From positions 22,630,001-22,694,000 of the forward strand of contig NC_042998.1 of NCBI RefSeq assembly GCF_006345805.1: a stretch of DNA of 64,000 nucleotides, written 5' to 3'. The translations under genes were made by a program, and so were the position numbers. Below the pieces are notes generated by a model, which made no database searches, was not told the origin of the DNA, and saw only the letters and a program-made list of their open reading frames with translations. Shown here in pieces: positions 11,126 to 21,512 of this stretch. Each line of letters opens with the position of its first letter. The stretch's first letter is position 1. This DNA comes from Octopus sinensis (taxonomy: Eukaryota).

Positions 11126-11246
11126 GCCCGAAATTTCAGGGGAAGGGGCCAATCGATTAGATCAATGCCAGTTCGCAACTGGTACTTAATTTATTGACCT
11201 TGAAAGGATAAAAGGCAAAGTCAACCTCGACAGAATTTGAACTCAT
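11126..11246 (-). mobile_element. SINE family B variant, fragment
   Basis: GAAAGGATAAAAGGCAAAGTCAACCTC core. Confidence 0.75.
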
Positions 11247-11419
11247 ACACACACATATTTCTTAAACAAGAATGCTGTTGACAGTGACTTCCAAGTTTTG
11301 GCCTGTTAAGCCATCAGGCTGACAATGGCTTAACTAACTGAACCTTCAAAGTCACAGTCAACAGCATTCTTGTTTAAGAATAATAAATTTTTACTCTGCA
11401 AAAGTGTAGAGTAAGCCAT

Positions 11420-11575
11420 CAGATTAATGTGGTTGGTGTTAGGAAAGGCATCCAGCCATAAAAACCCTGTCAAAACAGACATGGTAGTCTGGGGTAGTCT
11501 TCTACCTGGCCGGCTCCTATCACCCATCCTACCCTTGCATGCATGGAAGACTGATGTTAAATGATGATGATGATA
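11420..11575 (+). mobile_element. Family C 3' fragment
   Basis: GGTTGGTGTTAGGAAAGGCATCCAGCC ... (GAT)n tail. Confidence 0.75.
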
Positions 11576-11654
11576 CATATGTAAGCATGTATTTATGTAT
11601 ATGTTTGTATATGAGGTTACATTGATTGAGTAATATGTTTTTGTTCTACACATG

Positions 11655-12501
11655 TAGTTTTAGTTGCTCTGCTGGATGTGTAATGCCAGTGTGCATACAC
11701 AACAGAGTGTAAGTGCCCTGAGAGAAAAGTTAGACATAAGAAGCATCAGATGTGGTGTGCAAGAGAGACGACTGTGCTGGTGTGGTCATGTGTTGCATAT
11801 GGATGAGGAGAGCTGTGTGAATAAGTGTCACACCCTAGCAGTAGAGGGAACCTGTGGAAGAGGTAGACCCAGGAGAACTGGGATGAGGTGGTGAAGCATG
11901 ACCTTCGAAAATTGGGCCTCTTGGAGGTAATGACAAATGACTAAGACCTTTGGAGATATGTTGTGCTTGAGAAGACCTGGCAAGCGAAGTGAGATTGTAA
12001 CCGTGGCCTATGCCAGTGCAGCATAACCAACCCATTTAAGAGTACCCTTCAATCATTGGGCAATAAACTGCCCTTGCAAAGACCTGTTGAGTCAGTGAAG
12101 TCATTGTTGTGCCCATGCCAGTACCACCTGGCTGGCTCCCATGCTGGTGGCACGTAAAAAGCATCATGTGGTTGATGCCAATGCAAGTGGTACGTAAAAA
12201 GCACCTTTCAAGCGTGGTCGTTGCCAGTGCCACCTGACTGGTTCCCATGCTGGTGGCATATAAAAAGCACAGTCAAGCATGGTCGTTGCCATCAATACTG
12301 GCTTCCGTGCCAGTGGCACGTAAAAAGCACCCACCACACTCTCAGAGTGGTTGGCATAAAGAAGGTCATCCATCTGTAGAGACTTTGCCAGATCAGATTA
12401 GAGCCTGATGCAGCCTTCTGGCTTGCCAGCCCTCAGGCAAACCATCCAACTCATGCCAGCATGAAAAGTGGACGTTAAACGACAATGATGATGATGATGA
12501 T
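11655..12501 (+). mobile_element. 5'-truncated RTE LINE: ORF C-terminus, 3' UTR with VNTR, (GAT)n tail
   Basis: LREKLDIRSIRCGVQERRLCWCGHVLHM...VEGTCGRGRPRRT-WDEVVKHDLRKLGL (RTE C-terminal signature) runs continuously into the family C sequence. Confidence 0.9.
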
Positions 12502-12980
12502 GTTTTTCATTTGTCTTCATCTTCCTTCTTAAACACACATCATTCAGTGTTTCTGGCCTGTGTTGCCTAATTTAAAATTTTGCTTGATCAACAAGTCCCA
12601 AAGATCATATAAAGTTATTGCTATTCTATAATCCCCAATGTTGTGCTTTCCTTGTTGCTTTTCAGATCAGAATTTTTCTTCTCAATTATATTTCTACAGC
12701 ACATCTGCAATTTTACGGAGGATGATTTTCATTCAAGCTTAAAATTAGAAAAAAAAAAAAAAAGAAAAGAAAATTGAAGTATATCTTGAGAATGATTGTT
12801 GGGTGCTCAAAATAAAGATGTTTAGGAAACTTACTATACAATTTCTGTTCTACCATAAACATATCTTTAATTAAAAAAAGAAGTACTCTTCCCCATTTAT
12901 ATTAATATATTTTGATGTATATTATCAGTAATAATAAAACATTAACTGTTCTTTTTCTTTTCTTTGTTGGACCCTTATAG

Positions 12981-13796
12981 GATGAATCTACTTTATATCT
13001 GAAAGAATGGGCCTTGATTTCAAGGAGGCTTTCTCCAGTTTTTTACATCAGTACTTTCATGCTAATGCCACTTTTTGGAATAGTGTGAAAATATGTGGCA
13101 ATTTCAAAGTAGCTGTCGATGACTATCAGGAAGATTACCTTTTTAGTGAAGTAATAACTAAGAGTGATTGTTGCTGTTCTAATGGATTGGATAAGATAAA
13201 TACTCCCATCCGGGGATCAGGACAAGCTCCAATCATTATAAAAGAAGAACCGAATGAAGCGAACCGACCATCAGTACTGAGTGGTGAGATAGTTACCACC
13301 AGTTGTACTAATCTATCTACTATCACTAATACTTCTACGACAAACACAGTTATATCAAACAATGCCAGTCTCTCAACTACTAGCAGCAGTAATGGGAATA
13401 ATACTAATACTATACAAACTGTTGCTGATAAAACTAACAACTGTGGTACCACTTCCAGTCAAAGTAGTCATATTGAAACTGTTCTTTCACCAGACACTAA
13501 TTATGCAGTCCCTCCAACACGGCCTTCTCGCTGGTATATCAGCAACTGCCAGCCACAAACCTCTGACATTGACGGCCGTACTATACTGCCTTCGATGCCA
13601 TTGTTAGTCACTTCGACGCCAGCTGCTCCATCGTCCCCTAACAAGATAACTGATATGTTACAAATTACATCTTGTGAGGGAGAGGAAGAAGCAGCAGCAC
13701 TACAGACTTTTTCATCTGCTCAAGATCCAATTCCTACAGAAGAGTCTGTTACTTTGCAAGGAGCCACGTCTTTTGCTACCGAGACACAAGTAGCAG
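12981..13796 (+). CDS. Coding exon (CDS from ATG 13007) of an uncharacterised, probably nuclear protein: about 52-aa globular N-terminal domain plus Ser/Thr/Asn-rich low-complexity region
   Basis: Polypyrimidine tract and TAG acceptor at 12979-12980; 263 stop-free codons of non-repeat sequence; donor GCAG|GTGAGT at 13796/13797 (phase 1); in-frame TGA at 12983 makes ATG 13007 the likely start; IKEE SUMO-type motif at 13238-13249. Confidence 0.85.
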
Positions 13797-14121
13797 GTGA
13801 GTTACATTCATCTTTCTTGATTTTTTTTACCTCTTAAAATTTCTTAGATGTAGCTTAATTATGTTTTTCCCATTTTTTTATTATTATTATTATTATTGTC
13901 ATTCATTTCATGTATCGATGAGAAAAATATTGATGGTTAGTAATTTAAGGTCCTTTATCAGTCTGTTCAATTCTCAGATTTATAGCTACAATTCTTCACA
14001 TCTAAAAGTGAATGTCTTTAAGTAGGAACCATGTTTTTAAGCTACAGTTTTGCTCCCAAGAAGCTGATATTTTGTGTATGGGCACATTTGTTAGAGGAGA
14101 TCATAAACTATATGATTTTTT

Positions 14122-14699
14122 GGTATTTCTTTGGAATTCCTTCACACCCTATAACTTTTGAACCAGTGATTTAAAATTAAAAAAAATTTTTTAGATTCAT
14201 ATGTTTTCAATATTGAAGATTATGATTTAGTAAAAACAAAAAAAAAATTGTTTTTGATTTTAATTCCACCCACTCAATTTATTTGCTTTGTTTACAGTTG
14301 ATGTGCTGTCACACACAAAATGACAACTTCCAAATCCTGTTTCCTGATTGGGTGAAAATTATCAAATTTTAAACCTCTGTAACTTTTCAAAAACATTTTT
14401 CTTTAAAAGGTGAAACAACTCCAACAATTTAGCATGAATGTTTTTAAAAAGTTATAGAGGTTTAAAGTTTGATCATTTTCACCCAATCAGGAAACAGGAT
14501 TTGGAAGCTGTCATTTTGTGTGTCTTGTCAACTGTAAACAAAGCAAATGAATTGGTGTGGAGAGATTGAAATTAAAAAAAAAATTATTTTTGCTAAATTG
14601 TAATCTCTGATATTGAAAACGTATGAATCTGAAAAATTTTTTTTTTTTAAAATTACTGGTTCAGAAGTTATAGGGTGGCAGGAATACCAAAGAAGTACC
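14122..14699. mobile_element. Large fold-back element / MITE (arms about 270 bp, loop about 39 nt)
   Basis: Left arm 14122-14397 is the reverse complement of 14437-14699, e.g. TCCAAATCCTGTTTCCTGATTGGGTGAAAAT / ATTTTCACCCAATCAGGAAACAGGATTTGGA. Confidence 0.9.
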
Positions 14700-15050
14700 G
14701 ATTTTTTCCTTAATACTTTCTGTAAACTCAGATAAAGTCTGGTACTTTTGCTGCTATCTTATATATAACACACGAAATCAGTATTTCTGGCAATCTTTTA
14801 AATTCCATCCCAATAGTGAAAAATGTTTTGCAACAACATATACATTTACTATCAACAAACTCATAGTTAATTATCTTGATGACTCTGAAGTATAGAATGT
14901 GTTTCATACAAGTCTGACCTAGGGACTAAAATATTCCCGAACCACCATATTGATCTCTAAACCAAGAATCTTCTTTTATAGCTAATAAAGAAGGGCTGGA
15001 TTAAAAGCATTTATTTATTTATTTCATTTTGTATTGCAATTTATGAGGAA

Positions 15051-15423
15051 CTAGCCCTATGACCTGGCAACGCCAAGTCATAGTGCTAGTGCATGCATAT
15101 ACAGCTGTGTGTGTGCGCATATACACGTGAGTATTGTCCAAATCTCTGACCAATCACATACAGCTAGCTGGCATTCAATTGGCATATCAAATTTCAGGCA
15201 TTTTGATTGGGCTTTGGATAGAAAATTCACAAAATGTCACTTCTATTGATTTTTTAATGGCTTTGCAGGGTGACTGGGGAAATGTAAAAATGTGCACGAC
15301 CACTCTTGGACGGTTTTGAATGACCATAGAAAGTGCAAGCCCTCTAACTGAAAAATTGTGGATTTGTATAGAGGACACACACACATACAGACAGACATTT
15401 TGCGGTTCATATATATATAGAGA
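15051..15423 (-). mobile_element. Non-autonomous Helitron, second family, with precise termini
   Basis: Minus strand reads A|TCTCTATATAT ... hairpin (CTATGAC-TGGC-AAC-GCCA-GTCATAG on +, 15057-15083) ... CTAG|T. Confidence 0.75.
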
Positions 15424-15670
15424 TAAGTGTTGTGGCTACAGGTTTCCAATGGATTGGTCACTGGGTCATTTCATTTCTGACTGTGCCAGTATCAGCCATT
15501 CATCTTTCATGACTATGTTTACATCCTCCATAGAAAGCTGTGCATACATACATCGACATCATCATCGTCATCATTTTATTTCTGTTTCTTAACACTTGCA
15601 TGGGTTGGGCTCACATATATTCATACACACATATACACGCAGACACTCATATGCATATGTTATTGTCTAC

Positions 15671-16115
15671 ATCATCATCATCATCATCATCATTTAACGT
15701 TCATTTTCCATGCTAGCATGGGTTGGACGGTTCGACCAGGGTCTGGGAAGCCAAGAGGCTGCACCAGGCTCAAGTCTGATCTGGCAGTGTTTCTACAGCT
15801 GGATGCCCTTCCTAATGCCAACCACTCTGTGAGTGTAGTGGCTGCTTTTTATGTGTCACCAGCACGGAAGCCAGTCAAGGCGGTGCTGGCATCGGCTACA
15901 TTCAGATGGTGCTTTTTATGTGCCACTGGCACAGGTATCACAACTACAATTTCCATTTGAGTTTTTGATGTTGATGTACTTGACTCAGTAGGTCTCCTGA
16001 AGCACAGCAGGTCACCCTACGATCCAAGGTAAGCACAGCAGGCCGTCCTGCAATCCAACGCACTTTGGATGGGCTGGGGCTTCTATGTGAAGCTGGTGCA
16101 GGAAACAGCCATGAA
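15671..16115 (-). mobile_element. Family C (RTE 3' end)
   Basis: (CAT)n tail plus conserved block and VNTR units. Confidence 0.85.
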
Positions 16116-16563
16116 CTCACAGATGGCTAAAAATATACACAGGCATACAAGACTTTGGTCGATCCAAAGCTATGATATAAAACACTTGCACAAGATGCCA
16201 AACCCTGGAGCCTTGTGATTATGAACGTCTTGGTTCTTCAACCATGATGTATTCATAGAAATTAAATTAGGTTGAAGGAAACCGTGTGGATGCCTATTGG
16301 ATGGTTCTCGTATTGTCATACTGGTTCTATTTGAGAATTACATTCAGCCTGTCCGTGGAACATTCAGCCTGTTACATGATAATTCAATGAACAGGTAATT
16401 TTGGTGGCTTCACTGACTGAATACTCTTCAGTGAAACTGATGGAGATCCAGTATACTCCAGACCCTGGTGCACAATGCAGTCCTTGACTCCTTGGATCCT
16501 TGTCAAACCATCCAGCCCTAACCAGCATGCAATATGAACATTAAATGGTGATGATGATCATGA

Positions 16564-16958
16564 TGTGGCTGTGTGGTAAGAAGCTTTCTTTCCAACCACA
16601 TGGTTCTGGGTTCAGTCCCACTGTGTGGTGCATTGGGCAAATCTCTTCTAAAATAGCCTCAGGCTGACCAAAGCCTTGTGAGTGGATTTGATAGACAGAA
16701 ACTTAAAGAAGCCTCTCTTATATATATATATATCTATTTAGGTGTGTGTGTCTTTGTGTCTGTGTTTGTCTCTCCACCACCACCATCGCTTGACAACTGA
16801 TCTTGGTGTGTTTGCATCCCTATAACTTAGCAGTTTGGCAAAAGAGACTAATAGAATAAGTTTTAGGGTCAATTTTATCCACTAAAAAAACCCTTTAAGG
16901 CGGTGTTCCAGCATGGTCGCAGTCAAGTGACTGAAAGAAGTAAAAGAATAAAAGAATA
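16564..16958 (+). mobile_element. SINE family A
   Basis: Head to AGTAAAAGAATAAAAGAAT tail. Confidence 0.85.
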
Positions 16959-16979
16959 AATATATATGTACATACATAC

Positions 16980-17085
16980 AGGCACAGGAGTAGCTGCGTG
17001 GTGAGAAGCTTGCTTCCCAACCACATGGTTCTGAATTCAGTCCTACTGCGTGGAACCTTGGGCAAGTGTCTTCTGCTATAGCCTC
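16980..17085 (+). mobile_element. SINE family A 5' fragment
   Basis: GGCACAGGAGTAGCTGCGTGG head. Confidence 0.8.
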
Positions 17086-18200
17086 CTTACTTATCAGATA
17101 TGGAGGCCTGGGCCTCCAGTCTCTGGTCTTACTTGTCCTGTCAGTATTTCTTTCGGAAACCTTTTACCAGGGTTCTCCGCAACACAACTGGACCTACTCA
17201 GCTCCCATCTCCTTACCCCTTTGTGGATGTCCAGTCCCCACAAAACAACAAGGATGCCATCCAATGCAGCATGATCTCAGACAAGCTGGTGCACCATCCT
17301 GACCATCGCTCTCAACTGGCACTCAGCTGGATAGCGACTGTTTGCACATTGGTGTTTCCTGAGGCTTTGATGACCGCTGGATCTGTGAGTCTCACAAATG
17401 CTGCTGTGGATCCACTGTGGATTCTTTTAGTCTCCACCCATTGTCATGCCATTATAATGCTGGCCACCTTCCACACCATGCTGCTCTCAGTGAGATCATG
17501 AAGTATGGCCTAGACACTGCAGGCTTCCCTTCCAAGCTCAAGCCAGCAGGCTTGTACAGAGGGGTCAGTAAAAGGCCAAATGACATGACAACTTTCTTGT
17601 TACATGGTGATAGGTCTGGGATGCTACATGCTGTGACACCTTCTCCTGCTGCAACCTGGTGTGTTTGGCTGCCAGCCCAGGCTTCTCTGCTCATCAAGAT
17701 AAGAAGGGCAGATTGAAAAAGTATTGGTTGGTCTTTAAGAGACTTGTGGCTGAGCCTATGACAGTTGAGACTTCTAGCATTCTTATTTCTCTACTGCCCC
17801 CAAGGGTCTACACACAGAGGGGACAAACAATGACAGACAAATGGATTAAGTCGATTATATCGACCCCAGTGCGTAACTGGTACTTATTTAATCGAACCCG
17901 AAAGGATGAAAGGCAAAGTCGACCTCGGCGGAATTTGAACTCATTACGTAACGGCAGATGAAATACTGCTAAGCATTTCGCCTTGTGTGCTAACGTTTCT
18001 GCCAGCTAGCTAGACCTCCAGCATTCTTGGCCCCTGAATTACATCTCTGTTCACTGCTATCAAGGTGAACTGAGTGTGAGCCTTGTAAGTGGAGCTCACA
18101 CTCCAGCCATGGGTATGAGCCCTGTAAGTCTGAGTGACTACTCTTGCACCTCCATGGCAGCACATTTTCCATATTGTCTGCCAGGACCATGAGGTAGACT
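17085..18200 (+). pseudogene. CRE-like non-LTR retrotransposon 3' relic (CCHC knuckle and restriction-like endonuclease), split by a family B SINE
   Basis: ICESHKCCCGSTVDSFSLHPLSC..AGHLPHHAALSEIMK (zinc knuckle and RH motif), KPAGLYRGVSKRPND (PD motif), KKY..EPMTVETSSI|LGP and HGSTFSILS after the SINE; 16-bp TSD at 17769-17784 and 18013-18028. Confidence 0.75.
17785..18008 (-). mobile_element. SINE family B
   Basis: Family B sequence with flanking TSD. Confidence 0.9.
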
Positions 18201-18787
18201 GACTAGTTTTTTTAGACCATACACCTCCTCTTAAGTAAACAACTGGAAGGAAAATTACAAAATTGGTTATTTCCCACCAAACACAAGCTCCTCTAGTTTA
18301 TGGCCAGGAATGAAACGTTGCATTGTTCTAGGTTTCCGCAGTTGGTATAATCTACATTAGTAAAATACATTTGCTTCAGCTATGAACGCAATCCAAGCTC
18401 AATGGTCTTGCTAACTTAATTCAATTTTGTGACACTAGCTTGGAGAATTAGTGTTATTCATATCTTTACAGAGAAACTATTAGAAAAAAAAGTTAATGTG
18501 AATAGCATATCACTTAAAAGTTATCCCATGTTGCTTGTGCACATTTAGGACCTTGGAAAGTATAATTATTTTTAATGGTGTAATAATAGGAAACCAATTT
18601 GTGTGTGAGATTTTAATAGTTGTAATTATGCAAGTTATTTAAGATACTATCTCATTTGATTCTAATCTGCCTAAGATAGCTCTTATTTCTGATATAAAGT
18701 TGTATGTTTCAAAGTGTTTATATTTAAATTAAAACCTTCTTCAACCAACCAATGTCTTGTGAATGAATTTGGTTGATGGAAACAATA

Positions 18788-19172
18788 GGCGGCGAACTGG
18801 CAGAAACGTTAGCATGCTGGGCGAAATGCTTAGTGGTATTTCGTCTGTCTTCACGTTCTGAGTTCAAATTCCGCTGAGGTCGACTTTGCCTTTCATCTTT
18901 TCGGGGTCGATAAATTAAGTACCAGTTATGCACTGGGGTCGATATAATCGACTTAATCCCTTTGTCTGTCCTTGTTTGTCCCCTCTGTGTGTAGCCCCTT
19001 GTGGGTAGTAAAGAAAGAGGTATTTCGTCTGTCTTCACATTGTGAGTTCAAATTCCACCGAGGTCGATTTTGCCTTTCATCTCTTTGGGGTCGATGTCAT
19101 CGACTTAATCCCTTTGTCTGTCTTTGTTTGTCCCCTCTATGTTTAGTCCCTTGTGGGCAATAATGAAATAGG
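18788..19172 (+). mobile_element. SINE family B with a duplicated 3' module
   Basis: Second module starts at GGTATTTCGTCTG (about 19019). Confidence 0.9.
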
Positions 19173-20101
19173 AAACGATAGGCAACCTCTTGTGTGTGCT
19201 TGCATAGCGATTTTGTTATTTCATACCTTTACCAGTAGTACAGTGTTTGCCTTCCTTATTGATACTATGGTCAGTTGCCCTGCTCTCTTGAAGACTTGTC
19301 ATATAAAAAAAATGTCCTTTACTTGAAAAACAGATAAGGTTTGGCAATAAGAAGAGCATCTGGTTGTAAAATCCTGCATCAGATATGTCTGTGGCTAATC
19401 CATGCTAACTTGGAAAAATGGATGTTAAGTGACTGAGCCACCAAAGTCATTATTTTATGTAAGACACTTTCTTACACAAAATTATGACTTGGGTAATCAC
19501 AACAGCCTAATAATAAAATCGTCTACTATAATAGTACTCTTGTGTTTTTCTCCGTCACTACATATGAATGAGAAAGGAAAGGGTGATAGATGAATAAAGA
19601 AAGAAGGGGTGATGGCAAACTGATGGGATGGTGAATATTCAATGCTGAAAAGAAAAATCAAACAGCGTTTCAACTTTGCATGAGTATATGTGTATATGTG
19701 TACAAGGGAAGTATGTGAGTGTATGTGAACATTGACAAGTGTATTAATTTGATTTACCCTCCATATTTATATATATAAAATACTACAATTAGCCGTCATT
19801 TTTGATGTTACAGGTCCAGCTAATTATTTTAATAAATCCCTCCAAATTACTTACTGTATTTTCAAAATGTATTGAAGCATAGATTCAGAGTTGTGACATT
19901 TTGTTGTTGCAATTTTTGAAGTTTCCGGTATCAAGAATTTAAGTATTTGGCAACAATTATAAACCCTTTTATTTTGAAATCATTTTTAGACACAAAGTTA
20001 AGAACTAAAACCAATCACAAACTATATAACATCATCACCATCATCATCATCATATGTCCGTTTTCCATGTTGATATAGACTGGATTTTTTGTTGTTTGCT
20101 C

Positions 20102-20392
20102 CTTCTTGAGCCATTCCTGGCCCATAAGAGCTGGTTTCCCAGTTTCATTAGCGTATAGGTTCCCCACCTGGACGGGACGCCGGTCCATCGCAGGTGAGCT
20201 GCTTGATGCAGGAGGAAGATTGAGAGAAAGTTGTGGCGAAAGAGTCAGCAGAAGTTTGCCATTACCTTCTGCCGGAACCGCGTGGAGCTTAGGTGTTTCG
20301 CTCATAAACACACACATCACCCGGTCTGAGATTCGAACCTGCGATCCTGCGATCGCGAGTCCACTGCTCTAACCACTAGGCCATGTACCTCC
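20102..20392 (-). mobile_element. SINE family E (tRNA-derived head)
   Basis: Minus-strand head GGAGGTACATGGCCTAGTGGTTAGAGCAG...GGTTCGAATC with clear A and B boxes; related copy at 58914-59188. Confidence 0.85.
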
Positions 20393-20404
20393 ACTATATA
20401 GACT

Positions 20405-20760
20405 GGATGGTCTAACATGGAGCTGGCCAACTGGGGAGCTGTCCAGACTCCAGTCGTCTGTTGTGGCATGATTTCTATGGTTGGATGCCCTTCCTAATGC
20501 CAACCACTTCACAAAGTGTACTGGACGTTTTTTACATGCCACCAGTGTGCATGCATTTATGAGGTATAAGTGCATTTACATATCTTGATACATCTTCTCA
20601 AATACAGCAAATCGCCACAACTCCAGGTCCCTTGTCATTTCCTCAGTGAGGCCCAGTGTCCAAAGATCTTTTCTCACCACTTTGTCCCACTTTTTCTGGG
20701 TCTACCTCTTCCACAATTAGAGCTCAGCATGTCTTTATGCAGCTATCCTCTTCTATATGC
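20405..20760 (-). mobile_element. RTE LINE 3' end (ORF C-terminus plus family C UTR)
   Basis: Minus-strand CGRGRPRK-WDKVVRKDLWTLGLTEEMTRDLELWRFAVFEK contiguous with the family C block. Confidence 0.75.
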
Positions 20761-20777
20761 AATGTATTGCAGAAAAG

Positions 20778-20958
20778 CACCCACTACACTCTCAGAGTGG
20801 TTGGCATTAGGAAGGGCGTCCAGCTGTAGAAACCTTGCCAGCTCAGACTGGCACCTGGTGTAGCCTCTTGGCTTGCCAGTCCTCAGTCAAACCATCCAAC
20901 CCATGCCAGCATGGAAAGCAGACGTTAAATGATGATGATGATGATGAAGATGATGATA
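20778..20958 (+). mobile_element. Family C 3' fragment
   Basis: Conserved block and (GAT)n tail. Confidence 0.85.
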
Positions 20959-20970
20959 AATAAAAAATAT

Positions 20971-21025
<55 letters not shown>

Positions 21026-21239
21026 GGCTGCATGGTCGAAGATCAATGGACATTGGCAAAGGAAGATAATCACCTAGGGTTTTACTCTTAAAAACAAGGC
21101 TTTTCCTCCCTCCATATTTTGAAGAATTCTCAGGCCAGCAGTGTTTGGGGTCTAAAGATATACAGCAAGAATCCCAGAGTAACTCGATAAATCAGTCAAC
21201 CCCTCTTTAATATATACATGCATATTTATATAAATATAT

Positions 21240-21512
21240 AGGTACAAGCATGACTGTGTAGTATGAAGTTTGCTTTCCAACCTCATGGTTCTGGGTTCAG
21301 TCCCACTGTGTAGCAGCTTGAGCAATAGCCTTGGGCCAACTAAAGCCCTGTAAGTAGATTTGACGTGTGTGTGTGTGTGCGTGCATATGTTTATGTCTGC
21401 GTTTGCCCCCCATCACCATTTGACAATCAGTATTTGGGTTGATTCATTCGACTAAAATCCTTCGAGGCAGTGCTCGAGAATGGCCACAGTCTAATGACTG
21501 TAGCAAGTAAAA
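21240..21512 (+). mobile_element. SINE family A, degenerate
   Basis: Head and tail blocks recognisable. Confidence 0.7.

Noticed and set aside
13135-13452. 105-aa antisense ORF and 81-aa alternate-frame ORF over the exon
   Set aside because: Shadows of the real reading frame's codon bias
15718-15960. Recurrent ORFs containing FLQLDALPNANHS (many loci)
   Set aside because: Antisense translations of the RTE 3' UTR (family C)
20320-20392. tRNA-like sequence with A and B boxes (also 59120-59188 and SINE A/B heads)
   Set aside because: No complete cloverleaf; runs directly into a SINE body
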